Below, in pieces: positions 16,880-30,363 of a stretch of DNA of 64,000 nt. Location: NCBI RefSeq assembly GCF_003704095.1, contig NW_020844152.1, positions 62,001 to 126,000 on the forward strand. The letters run 5' to 3'. The translations under genes were made by a program, and so were the position numbers. The number at the start of each line of letters is the position of its first letter. Position 1 is the stretch's first letter. The notes beneath the pieces were generated by a model, which was given only the letters and a program-made list of their open reading frames with translations, ran no database searches and was not told the DNA's origin. This stretch comes from Pocillopora damicornis. Taxonomy: Eukaryota.

Positions 16880-18623
16880 ACATAAACTGTTTGCTGTGAT
16901 GTATTATTTGTGTTGTATTACCACCAAGAAAAGGCTTTCACTTTAAACCCTTAGTTGTAGAAAAAGGACTCTTTTAATAATTCTATATTGTATGTGGCTA
17001 GTTAGATCTTTTACTTTTCCATGGTATTATTTTCAGGACAGCACAAGCACTTTCTGATATTGGAAAGGAAAGCTAGGAATGAAACATGTTTCAACAGTTA
17101 TGTTGCTAAAGAAATCAAACTGGATAAGGAAACAGTGGAAATAAAATGACTCTTGGAACATTAGGACATGTTCTTTGGACATGGTATGCATGGTTTTAAG
17201 CTACAGTGATATTTCTTCAAGACCAAAATACCCCTTTTTAAACAGCAGACATTGTTTTGCACTTGTATTAGAAATACAACTTAGTTTTAAGGAACACCAC
17301 AAGTTTGTTTTCTTTTCACTTATAGTTCACTTTGTATAAATTAGTTACTCTTTATGGCAACTTATGATTAAAAGATGAATAAGTTAACAGATTTGTTCAA
17401 TTTTCCTAAAATTCATAGTCAATTAATTACAAGCCAGTAGCAATTTTCCTCCAGCACACTATTAAATGTTTGGGAAATTGAAGGGAAAAAGACTATTTTC
17501 AAGCGATTTTCATTGACAAGTTGACTTCTTTACAATCTTGTGACAGATAAAAAGCTGTCGTCCGGAGGAGTCCGGAACATCTCATGTCAGTCAGTGATCA
17601 CGGATCATTAGGATAGGAACTGGAGGTCAGCTCCAGTACAGTTTTGGGACAGAACACCGGAAACAATCAGGAAATCAAACAATCAGGAGTCAGTTTTTTG
17701 GAACTCTTTCAATCATCTGGATAAGGATTTGGATCTTAACTCATTTGGTAGTTGCCAACAATTTTGGAGGAAAATCACAGTTTGGAATGGAGGAATAGCA
17801 ATCACTATCTTTCATACAAAATGGTCTTATACAGTATTCTTCTTTGGAGGGTAACCTAAATCTGGTATGAATTTTAAACATTCAGTTTTGTTTGAAAGAC
17901 CTCAAATTTAGCGGAGTGAAAGCTGATCCCCAAAATTTCCTGATTCAAATTTGGACAAAATCACTAATTTTTTAAGTTTTCAATGAAGTTTTTTTGTTTT
18001 TCCCCAACCTTTCTGTCATAGTTATCTTGCTTGTTTTGTTTTTTACTACTGACTTTCTTGCTTCAGGTGCTGGGTATGCTATGCATTTGTTTCTAGCATA
18101 GAAATACAAGGGATTTTAGCAGACACAGCAAAAGTGCTTTTACATTTATCATTTAGTTTTCCATGCAAAGTGACAGCACATTGTGCTCTTCACTGAAATA
18201 AATTTCTTTCTGACTGAAGTAGTGGTTGATTGTGTGTGATCTTACTGCTAGTGTTGTTGTGGGACTAAGAAGCCTATTTATATTGCCAAGTGCATTGGTT
18301 AGGTAAGGGCATCTTGAAATTTCCAGGAAATAAGGCAATGCAAGGACATATTTCTTAACTAAAAGTGTGGCAAGGCAAGTTTGGCCTGAAATATTAGTGC
18401 TATGTCGCAATCCTCACCTGTTTAAATAGTGGATTTGATGGAATTTCATCCTCCAACTCAAGCAGACTAGAAATAAGCATATATGCTCCAACCGTAGAGG
18501 GCAGCATCATAGTATTAAGTGGTCACCCTTTCCAAAGCAGTCACTTATCAAATTCACTTCCCTCATTCTCTACAATTAATTACACCTCTTTCCTATGCTC
18601 ACCACCATGCAGAATTGCAAATG

Positions 18624-19200
18624 CAGAAGTCTACAGAAATGCAAATGAATGCCTAGATGTTGATATTGATCCTGTTTCCCTTTATTCCATGCCTTTCCCT
18701 CTGATAATAAATGGACCCTTCACACCCTGCTCTGACAACTTCAGTGGACCATTCTTCTTCAAAGAAGAGATGGTCACCCTCTGGAATTCTCACTTTCAAG
18801 TTTGTTTTGATCCACCTACTAAACCCTGAGTAAACATGTCACTACGCAAAAATCTGAGTGCGGAGTAACAAAGTATCTTAATGCATTCTGCATGAGCACA
18901 ACTTAAGTACATCTTGTACTTGTACAAGTCAAGTACAAGGAAAGAATCGTCCTAGCGCATATTAAGGGAAAGTGACAACAATAGGTAGTACTGGGGATAG
19001 ACAAATTCCTTTCAACAGCTATGTCCAGACAAAAGTTGAAAACCCTTTCACGAGACTTTACTCGTGCCATGCGAAAATTTACATCCAGAAGTCAACAAAA
19101 CGCAAACAAATGCCTAGATGTTGATATTGATCCTGTTTACCCCTATTCCATGACTTTCCCTCCAGTGACGAACGAACCCCACCTTGTTCTGATAATTCCA
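18624..19200 (+). repeat. Imperfect direct repeat of ~120 bp (copies ~18624-18750 and ~19086-19210)
   Basis: Both copies share AATGCCTAGATGTTGATATTGATCCTGTTT(C/A)CC(T/C)TATTCCATG(C/A)CTTTCCCTC and flanking similarity. Confidence 0.8.
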
Positions 19201-19258
19201 GTAGCCATTTTAATGGTTATCAGCGAAAGACTGGGACTCGAGGCTTCGATGTTTCAAG

Positions 19259-22200
19259 ATGGAGGTCGGCGACGAAATCCGCGAGAGACAGTATGAAAGC
19301 AGTTTGTTGCTGTTGGCGGACGAACTAATTGACATGGTGCTATCCTGCCCTTTAATAGATCATAAGGACTTATGCTGCTGTGCTCAAGTTTGCACACGTT
19401 TGAACACTATTGCAACTGGAAATGAACTGTGGAAGAGGAAGGCCCTCTCTAGGTAATTAGCTTACGTAAGGAAAATGTGTACGTGTAATTGGAACAAAAA
19501 TGAGAAACTTGGTTTGCGTGGAAAATCAAAGGTATTCTCCGACGTAAAGCTGTTATTTCTCAACCTAGATATGTCCCATGACTAAGTAAAGACTCGTATC
19601 TTCGTCTCTTTTTTTTTTTTTTTTTTCTCTTTCGCTTGTCCCAGCTGTGTTATTCTACGCATGAGTTGACAATTTATCGAGTTTTGGTATCAGCTACTTG
19701 AGTATGGGATATAAGCCAGTGCTCCACACTTGTTCCTTCTCTTTCCTGGGAGTATCACTCTGGACCAGACCATCTCGCTGACTCGGTGATCATGATTGAG
19801 TTCAGAGACCATCTCCTTGGGTACAGGAAGAGAGCCAGCGCTACTCCTGGCTCCTCCTGTCTCTGGGGAGAATCAAATACCAGGCAGGCTCAAGAAATTA
19901 CCTGGAATTCTAGCCTGGCTCCATGAGTGGACGAGATGAAGTGAATTTTGTGTTTTGATTGGCTACTTGGTTGGTTAAGAAGGTTCCATTGCTTTACATA
20001 TCAAATTTAAAAAACACGATTGACTTTTAATACTTGTCTCCTACAGATGGCGGTTTTGGAAAAGCATGCCCAAAGAAAACTGGTGTGCAGTTTACAGAGA
20101 CAGGCTGTTAACTGAACTTAAAATCCTTTCTGCTTTAGAGAGTATGTCAAAGAAATATTACAACAACCCTGAGGTTCACAGGAGAGAGTTTGACACATTT
20201 GTGTATTTAGGAAATGAAAATCCTGTCATGTCGTGTCATGTAAACAATACTCTGAGTGAACTTTTACAAGGAAATGATTGGTAAGAGACACAGTTATCAC
20301 AATGTCGTGACAGCTTTAATTAACTTGCAGTTTTTTTTTATCAGTTAATACATATTGTATGAGTGATGTTTTCATGCTTACTGAACTGTATAAGAATTCG
20401 TTTCCCTCAAAGCTGTTTTTTTTTTTGTTTGTTTTTTTTTTTGATAGATATAAAATGTTTCAAAACAGATGAAACATTGGCTTAATTTGCACTTTTTAAA
20501 GAACATCATAACTACTGTGCCACTTTAAATATTGGTATGGTAGACATGTCACTAAAGAGACTGATATTTTGCAGCTGTTTTTGCTTTATAGTGAAGTCAA
20601 TTTGACACACAGACACTATGCCAGAAAAGTACAATCCCAGCTGAAAATTTTTTCTATTAAGGACGAGTGGAAGAAATTTCTGGCATTACAAGAACAACAA
20701 CAACATCTTGAGAAAGGTGCATACCCTTTTTTTTTTTATTTGGTGAACTTTTCTTTTTATAATTTTCAATCATTAATCAATTGATAATAATTGATTCTTT
20801 AAATATTAATCACGATTGGGTGTTTATGGTTTGGTCTTAAGCAAGACATATACCTCTTACTGTGTCTCCTCTGACCTTCGATTAACCCTTTTACTTCCAA
20901 GATCTCATCAGTAATCCTCCTTACTGTCTGCTATGCAATTCTTATTATGTTACTTTAGAGAATGTGGTATTGAAGCAACTAATAATCCCTTAAATGATAT
21001 TTTTCTTTATTGTTATTACTTGTGTGATTAATATTGTATTGATATTGTGAAGATAATTTATTTTTTTAATCACTAATGGGAGTTGAAAGGTCAAGGTAAA
21101 GGAACTGCAAGCTTTTAAGCTGCTTATCAAGTTGAAGAGATGGGCATCTTTTCCTAATGGTCTTATTGATGTTTAATGCGGTAGAATTTGGACTGAGCTG
21201 TAGCAGCAGTAACACTTACTAAACTTTCTCATGTTTTTATGTCAACCTTCACGTTAAATTTTCTGGTTACAGGTGCTATGTTGGTTGTAAGATGGATTCT
21301 CAATGAAGAGGATATAAATGAGAATGAGACTTTCTCAGAACTTGATAGAATTGCACAGATGGTAAAGGAGAATCTGCATGGCTCCAACAGCAGTACACAC
21401 ACAGCACCCTTAATCCCGCTGGAGGAGCAAATGACACAGAGTAATGAGGGGCTGACCTCAGTTACACATCCTGCAGCTTGTTTGAGAATATTGGCTTGTC
21501 TGAAGCAAGTTTTGTATCATCAGCTTCAGTTTAAAGGCTGTGTGGATGAATATTATAAAAAGGAGAACTCGATGCTCTTTCAGGTATAGTTGTCAACTCA
21601 GGTGGAATAAAGCCAACCTCCATTAGGAGGAAAACTGCCATGGAATCTCTTCTCTTAACCCTTTAACTCCCAGAAGTGATAAACATGTCATTTCTCCCTA
21701 TATTATCCAGCAAACAGGTAATAAGAAACTCAAACTTATCAGTTAAAATTTGTTATCTTGATCAAATTTTCCTAACTAATTGATAAGGAAATGTGTTGCA
21801 GCTAGTAGGGAGAAATAGCTATCAGATCTTGTGTGTTAAAAGGTTAATAGACAGGTATTTCAAGATAAAGCAAAGCCATTGTGAAGCTGGATAATTTTCT
21901 TGGCCTATTTCCTTAAATTGTTTCTCTTTGTTGTTTATTTTTTACAGGTTGTTAAAAATAGAACTGGTAATCCCATCACTTTGTCAGTTTTGTTCACTGC
22001 TCTTGCAAGGAGACTTGGGGTTACATTAGAACCAGTGAGTACATAAAGTTTCTCTTTTTTGAGATTATACTGGGTAATTTTGTCATCATTCTGAATGAAC
22101 AAGTGAAAGCTATTGAAGTGCTTTGAGGTACAGACTGAGATGGAACACAACACCCAAGAACAAGTGTTCAACCTCTAGTAGCTATGACCAGAAGCCCTGT

Positions 22201-25200
22201 CCCTCTCTTTCTTCATTTTTGAAAGTCAAAAACTGTGTTGCTAAATGCTGCTGTTTAAACTTACAAGAATGGAAATTGAGTAGTAGTGTATTGTTAAAAG
22301 CTTGGGATATTCTGGGACGGAGCTACCTTCCATACATTCTTATAAATGAAATGGAAACAATGTTCTCGCAACTTGCAGAGCAGTCTCACTGGAAATTGTC
22401 AGGGAACAGCTCCATTGCAGAAGAGCACTACTTGTTTACAAGGAAAAACATGGCTGGTTATGTAGTAAAGATCTGAAGACGCTTTCCATTTTGTAACTAA
22501 CTTCAGGCCAGGATCAATACTTTAAGGAAACTTTCCTTAAAAAAGGACAGGAAGAATGATGGCAACTAAATATTCCCCACTTGTAAATAACTAGCTGAGG
22601 TATATGAAGGGTTTGACAGGTTATTTTAAATTACTTTCCTCAACAAACCCCTAATTTAAAGTGACCACAAGTGCACTTAGTGGAGGTTTTTTTTTTGAGC
22701 TGCAACTTACACTTCCTGATGAACACACTTCCCACCTGAACTTGCATTTGCTTTTTGAAGTTACTGACATCCTCAAACAGGTTTTGCCAAAGAAAAATCA
22801 ACAAACAGGCAAAGGAATGAGCATATCCATAATATTCAGTTTTATTAGGGAGGCCGCTGACAAGCCAGTGAATTGTCTATTGTGCAAGTTGTGAGATCAT
22901 TGTTCCTCAGTTCCTAACCTTGTTGCTTCCTTCCCATCCTGGGATATTCATTTATTTTTATGGTATAAAATTTTTTTGTTTTAATATTTTAAATTATCGT
23001 AAATCTGTTTTTACAGATAAATTTTCCAAATCATTTCTTGTTGCGGTGGAGATCTAACATGGACCCAAAGTATGTCTTATACAAGTTTTTTATTACTTCA
23101 TACTGGTAGAATGATAAGTATAATAGAAGTTCCTTGGTGTGTCATTTCTTTCCTCATAATTATCTACGTTTAGGACTTGATTTAACCCTTTAACTCCAGG
23201 AGGTGATAAACATGCAGCTTCTCCTTATGATATCTGCACATTATCCAGTAAACAGGTGATGAGAATACTTAAACTTATCAGATGAAATTTGTTATCTTGA
23301 TCTGACACTAAATTTCCACAACTAATTGACAAGGAAATGTTTAGCAGTCAGAGGGGAGAATGGTGACTACTAAATCTTGGGAGTTAAAGGGTTAAGTTCA
23401 TCAGATATTACAATCAATTTAGTATCTCCCTTACCAAGCTCAAGTACTGAAACTTCTGTTTTGGATAAGAGAATTTCAATGCCTTTTATTTTTAAGGGCA
23501 GATCCTTCTACAGTATATAGGTACATTGACTGCTTCAATGGTGGAAATTTCTTAACTGAAGCTCAATGTGTGGATATGCTTTTATCACCCTTGGCAAATG
23601 TACGAAGTTTTGGTAATGCACTGTTTGTTAGGGCTTCGCCTACACAGGTACTTTTGATAGTTATTGTTACCACTGTAACAGTAGTTACTTTTAACGTAAG
23701 ACACTGTTAAGTTGATTTATAAAAAGCATAGAGTTCACAGAGCAAATACATTTCCGACCCTTCAGTCTTAGCAATCATGTTATTTGAAAAATTTGTTTAA
23801 CTTTCTGGACAAGTATTGATAAAACCCAATTAGTACTTTACACATGTCAACATCTGACACATACCAAGTTTTCCTTATGTGTGTGTGTGTCATGTTTTTA
23901 GGTATTTATTCGCATGGTGGCCAATATCATAAATAGCTACAGAATGGAAGAACACCCAGGTGGTCGGTAAGACACATGTTATAATTAGTGTTTTCCCCTT
24001 ATTTTGAGCATGACATGTGAAAGCAATTTTAAAAAATTTTTAAAAAATTGTAGAGTCTGATTTTGGATACTAGTATTCTATTGTGGCCACAAGTTTTCAT
24101 ATTTTAGATGCTAATACCTTATTTTAGACACTAGAATCAGATTTTAGACTCTAGTGTCCAATTTTAAATGCCAGTGTCTGATTTTGGACACTAATATCCC
24201 TTGTGTTTGTGTCCCTTCAGGTCATTTCCTGTGTACTGGTTCTTTTTTACTCTGGGTAATTCAAATCATGTTCATAAATTCAGGACATTAGTCACAAATC
24301 AAACAGTCATTAGTCCAAAAATCTAGTTGATCTTGAAGTATCTGCGTATTTTGTGTGTTTTTCAGTCTGTTATGTTATCTTTACTTATAAACCATCCAAT
24401 CTTTGCTCATACTGCAACTCACACAGAAACAGATTCAATTTTTCAAATAATTAACCAATAATCTGGGGTGGTATATTTGACCTGGAATGACTACAAGCTC
24501 TTCATTAAGAGAAACACAGTAGAAGAAGACAACAATTCTTTAACCATAAGTTGAGCTCTTGGTCAGACTGATTATCACTCTAATTTCTTCTTTAGATTGA
24601 GTGGTCTGCATTCTGCTCTTGACCTGATGCTGTTTCTTGATCCTAATGATGAAGACAGCAGACTGCTGTTGGCCAGAATACAGGTTCATCTAGGTATTGA
24701 CTTAGAAGAGGTTTGTTTTATTTCACAATTTCCTTGATTTTATTAATACTTTTAGAAGGCTTCTTGCTAATGGGCATCCATGTATAAGTGTTATTAACAA
24801 AATAGTATAGAGGTCTTAGGACACCTTAGCAGCGGCCAAGTTAAATGGCCCAAGAAAAACTACAAAGAAGTTTTTTGTGTGTGTGCTCAAAATAATAATA
24901 TTTGGTGTTTTACAGCAACTTTTCAGTAACTTTATTTTTATTTAATAAAAACTCTACTAATAATTCTGAATTACAAAATGGTGAAAATTCTAGGATAAAA
25001 ACAAGCTGGCTATGGTTTTATCTTAACCCAAAATTCATTCACAGGCAATTGACAGTCTTCAGATCCTACAGAGCAGTGCAAACCAAGTGCGTAAGGGAAT
25101 ATTGGATAATCTCCTTGAACGAGCCAATCAGAAAAAGAGAATGCAGGATTTGGGAGAAAATCTTCCCCCTCCAGTACGGCAAGAGATGTTAATTTACAGC

Positions 25201-26802
25201 AGTACATTATTGTCATGGCTTTTCATCCAAATCTTTTATATTTAAGAGTTGGAGAAGTTACATGATGGCTTCCACAACAGGGTACTTAATGATCTGTAGG
25301 ACCCAGCAGGCAGAATGTTCAAGTTACCATCATTTTACCATACAAGCCAAACAGGGAAAATCATGGCTCTGAGATTTGAAGGGTGTTAAGTTATAAAACA
25401 CTAAAATCCCTGAGTTCCATTAGACAGTTGGAGACTGAATTGGATATTATTTGACTTCACACTTTCTGTTAGCATTCACTTGAAGTAAACACAATTATCT
25501 TGTGAAGTTGGGTAAATTTTTGTAACAAAGTTATTGACTTTCCCTGAGGTTTTTTTTCTTCTAACAGCATGCAATGTCTAAACTGTTGTAGGGTTGATAA
25601 TATAGCTTCTTCCAGGAATGTTTTGTTGTTTCGTTTTGCATAGAAACTAAGATCTGATCCAAGGAATTCTCAAGTTGGATTTAAAGTTGGAATGGTGATG
25701 AGGCACAAGCTGTAAGTTATGACTCAGCACAGTATGTATACTGAGTAGTTGTTCAACAATGCCATTGACTAAAGGCAAAGGGTCGCACTTGTGATACAAG
25801 TTGATGACATGACAAGGGAAACCAAAGCAACATCTAAGCAAAAGATGCTAGATCACTAAAGAAGTTGACAAAAGAAGGGGGTGGGGGCTGAACCCTTATT
25901 CCAAACACCCTTTCCTCCCCCACATGTCTATGCAGACTAACTTATTGTCATTCTTGAACATTCTCCTCAGGTATCATTATGGTTGTGTTATTTATGGATG
26001 GGATCCTGTTTGTGAAATGGATGAGTCCTGGATTCAGCGAATGGGTGTTGATCAATCACCTGGTGGCCGCAATCAGCCTTTTTACAATGTGCTGGGTGAT
26101 GATGGCTCACAAAGATATGCTGCACACAGTAAGCTGAATTTCTGGTTAATCAACGTAATTTTCAAAAAAAGTTAGTGGAATTTCTATAAAGTGGAAGGAA
26201 AAAACAATGTATGATCTAGCTGGCCATTAGGTAGTAAGAAGAAATATCAGAAGAATTTCAATGATCTTCGTCGCGTGGGTTGGTACACAGGTAATTTTTT
26301 TTGGTCAAGTATGTGCCCCAACAGCTTAGAATTTAAAACTCATTTTAGAAATAATTATCATTCAAAATTATACCCTGTTTTGCAAAGAGGTCAATTTGTA
26401 GCAACTCTCACTAGAAAGTTAGTTGAATCTGATATTGTGATGCTTTGTTCTTTTGAAATATTTCACCCAGTTTTTAGAATCACCTGTAGATGGCACACTT
26501 TTATGGTGTCTCTGCCTTTCTCCAGATCAAGGCCATTACCTAAGCCATATGTCATTCTGTTAAATATTGATGAAGTCTTAAACTAATGAAAATTTAAATT
26601 CTGTGACACTTTCCCTCTTCATGCATAACATAGTGGGATTGTTAATTACTTCAATTTCCTTGCAGTTAATCTGAAAGAAGATCCTAATCAGCCTTTGAAC
26701 CCCCATCCTGAACTTGGAAAGTACTTCAAAGGTTTCACCGGAACCAGATACATTCCAAATGAATGTCTTCAATGCCAGTACCCTGAGGATGTTGACAATT
26801 GA
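19259..26802 (+). CDS. FBXO21: F-box only protein 21 (F-box, transglutaminase-like core, YccV/hemimethylated-DNA-binding domain)
   Basis: About 13 exons. F-box (LLLLADELIDMVL), RTGNPITLSVLF, INFPNHFLL, YIDCFNGG, FKVGMVMRHK, GCVIYGWD, NQPFYNVL, HPELGKYF...YIPN; stop TGA 26800-26802. Confidence 0.9.
20882..21095. mobile_element. TTAA-CCC-type MITE (second subfamily)
   Basis: TTAACCCTTTTACTTCCAAGATCTC ... GGGAGTTGAAAGGTCAA; internally similar to 37285-37496. Confidence 0.7.
21655..21847. mobile_element. piggyBac-like MITE
   Basis: TTAACCCTTTAACTCCC ... GTGTTAAAAGGTTAA; internal similarity to the 23182 and 59307 copies. Confidence 0.8.
23182..23395. mobile_element. piggyBac-like MITE, best-preserved copy
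   Basis: TTAA-CCCTTTAACTCC ... GGAGTTAAAGGG-TTAA: perfect TIRs with TTAA at both ends. Confidence 0.85.
24052..24197. repeat. Degenerate ~20-bp minisatellite, ~7 units (FBXO21 intron)
   Basis: Units such as GTCTGATTTTGGATACTA, CTTATTTTAGACACTA, CAGATTTTAGACTCTA, GTCTGATTTTGGACACTA. Confidence 0.7.
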
Positions 26803-26949
26803 TCTAAACTTAACTATTCATTTCAACAAAACATATTTTCAATGAAATATCTGTGTACTTAAGGAAAACACTCTCATCGATATGATGTTATGTGCAATAT
26901 TATATCCCTACACAGATTGGTTTTTATAAACCATAAATTCCAAGATTTT

Positions 26950-27035
26950 CTCTGGTGAAGGGCTAACACTCAGCTTTCATATTCTTTATGGTGGCCAATT
27001 TATATTACCCTATTATACTCTCCCACCAACACAGT

Positions 27036-27066
<31 letters not shown>

Positions 27067-27068
27067 AT
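26950..27068 (+). mobile_element. Degenerate copy of the hammerhead-bearing repeat family
   Basis: Shares GAAGGGCTAAC, GGTGGCCAATTTA and TATACTCTCCCACC...GTTTCTTTAGAAACTTACCCCCTT with 46622-46818. Confidence 0.7.
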
Positions 27069-27540
27069 TCATAAACTCTTATGTTTGGTTATACTCAAAC
27101 TGTACACTTTAACTGTTGCCGAAAGTTGCAATGTAACCACTGTATTATAAATGTGTAATATTTTTTATTGACTCAGGAATTAGAGTGCCATGGACTCAAA
27201 TGTTATACAGTAATAGCCTATTTATTTCCTACATTTTGGAGTTAAGAAACTAAAACAGCTACTCCTTATCTACAGGAATGATATTTATGCTTGAAGGAAT
27301 AAGTTTGAAGAGAACCCCTTTAGGCACTAAGCCCTCTCACCTCTAGAACTGACCAACAAATAATTTCTTGTACCAAATCAAAAAGACAGCTGATTGGATA
27401 AGGAAAAAATGTCAATTTGATTAAAATTTCATCTGATAATTTAGGAGATCTATGCCAGAAAGTAAGAAGATTTGGCAGTAAAAGGGTGATTTCTACAACT
27501 TGTTGCTCTCTGTTTGGTGGAATCAAATATGTATTTTAAT

Positions 27541-27640
27541 AGGTAATTTAGTGTTAACAACTGAGTTGAAAACGTAAATTAGCCACTGTAATGGGTAAAA
27601 AAGCTGACGTTTCAAGCATTAGCCCTTTGTCAGAGCAATT
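27541..27640 (-). mobile_element. Copy of the hammerhead-bearing repeat family
   Basis: The reverse strand reads GCT-CTGACAAA-GGGC-TAAT-GCTT-GAAA-CGTC-AGC. Confidence 0.7.
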
Positions 27641-28440
27641 GGAGGAATTGTAGGTTGTGTGTGGGTTTATATGCAGAAAGTGGAGCTATGCCATTGGTGG
27701 GAATAGGGTGATGAGAAAATGTATGTATTTTATGTATGTATATGTATTTTAATACTCATCTTAAGAACAGAATTATAGCCTTTGGACAGTTCCTTATTTC
27801 ATCATCTTTAAATTAATTGTACTAGAAAAAGATAAGGAATATATAAGCAAAAGGATAATTTTGTATTGGAAATACTGTGAACCTCGCTATAGTGTGTGTT
27901 ATGTAAGATGCTGCATAACTGTCTACAACACCTTTATTGTCTTTGATTAAGGAGTTCCTTGGCTTCCAATGTGATAGTTGTTGATCATTTCGTTAACATT
28001 GGACAAGGTTGTTACAGACAACTATTTGAATTTCATTATCATGCAGTGTAAAGAAAATCGTCACTTTGTACTGTATAGAACATACATACAAAAGAGATCA
28101 TGTAAACTAGAAAATATTCATTTGGTTTAAAATGAATTTATGAGCAGAGAGAAATAAAGAAACACAACAAAGTTCTCTCTTGTTTGGATGAGAATGATGT
28201 ATTGCATTATACAAGCTATTTTTGTTATGTACTTAATATATTATTAGTCATGTTGGCAGATTTTCTATCAGCTAACAATTTAACAACCTTGTCCCCACCT
28301 CTCTTTTTTCCCTTCAGCTGGTACTGAGAAATGTTCTACCCTTATTGGCAAAGCTAACCTTGCCCCTCTCCTCTTCAAATTTACTTTTTTATGGTACACT
28401 TTTTGTTATCAGGTCTGCCTTAGACCAAAAGGGTGTGCGA

Positions 28441-29461
28441 TTAATTCTTTTCTATCATATCTGGAGAAGCTCGCTGTCCCCACTCCACCCATGACCCATC
28501 ATACACCATAGTGTCCCTCTTTCCACATAGATGTGCTCCTAAAGCTATGATGCAAGCTGTGATTCCTGACCCACAGGTTGTAACAAGTGGGTTTTGAAGA
28601 TCAATTCCTGCTTCATCAAATACTTTTTTCAACTCCTCTGGATCTTTCATTAGCTTTGTTTCGGGTTCTAAGAATTTGGCATAATGGAGACTTTTTGAAT
28701 GTGGAATATGACCAGATGGAAAGTTTGGGCGTGGCTCTGTTTCAGTTCCAAGGAACCTGCCAGGAGATCGTGCATCGGCTACTTGTATGTGTGGGTCTGA
28801 AAAATTGGCCTTCACAAAATCAAAGTCACAGAACATGCCTGGATTTAAGGTAGCTTTGAATGGTCCACCATCTGCTGAAAGGAAAGCGAATTTATTCATA
28901 AGTATAGTTTCCCAAGTTTTTTAGAGCGGATGATACCTGTGCAGCTTATTAACGAGAGTACACTTGCAGGAGAAGAAAGGAGAATTTACATACGAGTTAC
29001 GTACTAACGAATTCACCTTCAATTTCGACTACATCCTCTGGACCTGATGAAATAGGGTAATCAGACTCGGCCTTCCACTTTAAAAATCCACCATCCAAAA
29101 TCGATACCCGATCGTGCCCAAATGCACGAAACATCCACCAAACTCGAGGAGCCGAGAATAACCCAACTTTACTGTGATCATAAACAACAACATGGCTATC
29201 GTTGTTAATTCCTAGACTTCGAACGTAATTTGAGAAATCTTCGGTTTTCGGTAACGTGTGCTCATAAGGTGATGACTTGTCGACACATTCGTCTATGTCA
29301 AAAAACTTAGCCCCTGGGATCCGATGAGCTAAAAATTCGTCCTTTGGATTACGATTTTCTGATGGGAGATGCCAGGACGCATCCAAAAGCCGCATATATT
29401 TTGTGTTTTGAAGCATCAGTTGGCGAAGCCCCTGGGCTTTAAGGAGGGTCTGCACAGACAT
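28441..29461 (-). CDS. MPST: 3-mercaptopyruvate sulfurtransferase / tandem rhodanese
   Basis: Two exons (29461-29017; 28871 or 28874 to 28441, NAGNAG acceptor). Motifs RIPGAKFFDID, RVWWMFRAFGH, GHIP, active-site loop CGSGIT (MPST-type rather than TST CRKGVT), YDGSWVEW. Confidence 0.9.
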
Positions 29462-29601
29462 AGTGACGAAGAGAAAACAAGTACTCCAACTACAATAAAA
29501 TTGATTCGAGATTTACACGGCGTTCCACGTTCTAAACTTCGGATAAGGAAAAGAAATGCTGGTGACTAGTCCCCAGACTCTACGCTAAGAGACGTGTCAA
29601 A

Positions 29602-30363
29602 ATGGCTGCGTTGGAAAAGGTTAAGATTTTAGTAGTTGGTGATTCCGGAGTCGGAAAAACGTCTTTGGTTCATCATATATGTCACGATGAATGCCTTTCA
29701 ACTCCAGGATGGACAATAGGATGTACTTCAGAGGTAAAATTGTATGACTACAAAGAAGGAACGCCAGCGACGAAAAGTTTTTTCTTGGAGTTCTGGGATG
29801 TTGGAGGCTCTGCAAACCATGAAAACAGCCGGTCGATATTTTATAATGGCGTCAATGGATTGATCCTTGTTCATGATTTGACCAACAAGAAGTCATTCAC
29901 AAATCTAAGGCGTTGGTTAGCAGAAGTGTTAGGGTCTGGGAAAGAAGGGAATGGCTCCTTCAGCGCTAAGCAGCCACAAAAACAGCCTTCAAACAGAGAC
30001 AGTTGGTTTGAGTTCTCAATTGACATAGGAGAAGGTTATGACTCAGAGCAGTTTGCTGGAAACCAAATTCCTGTCATAATTGTGGGTACTAAACTAGATC
30101 AGGCAGGAACTGCAAGAATTCTTACCTCATCCAGGGGATTGAATCTTGCAGAGGAAATTGGAGCCGACATGATAAATCTGAACTCTACTGATATAAGACA
30201 ACTTAAATCTGGATCTCTCAATGCCAGAAAGCTGAATGCTTTCTTTGATAAAGTAATTGAGAGGCGATTCTATTCCCGTGAAGTGCCACAAGTCCAGCAG
30301 TCAACTGGTCTTGCAGAATCACCTAAATTTTATGATCGTTCAAGTAAACGTAAAATGGTCTAA
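29602..30363 (+). CDS. RABL3: Rab-like protein 3 (single coding exon)
   Basis: KILVVGDSGVGKT, WTIGC, EFWDVGGS, VHDLTNKKS, VGTKLD, FFDKVIERRF. Confidence 0.93.
   Translation: MAALEKVKILVVGDSGVGKTSLVHHICHDECLSTPGWTIGCTSEVKLYDYKEGTPATKSFFLEFWDVGGSANHENSRSIFYNGVNGLILVHDLTNKKSFTNLRRWLAEVLGSGKEGNGSFSAKQPQKQPSNRDSWFEFSIDIGEGYDSEQFAGNQIPVIIVGTKLDQAGTARILTSSRGLNLAEEIGADMINLNSTDIRQLKSGSLNARKLNAFFDKVIERRFYSREVPQVQQSTGLAESPKFYDRSSKRKMV

Noticed and set aside
24052-24197. Periodic repeat as a CRISPR-like array
   Set aside because: Degenerate head-to-tail units without unique spacers, in a eukaryotic intron; no cas genes.
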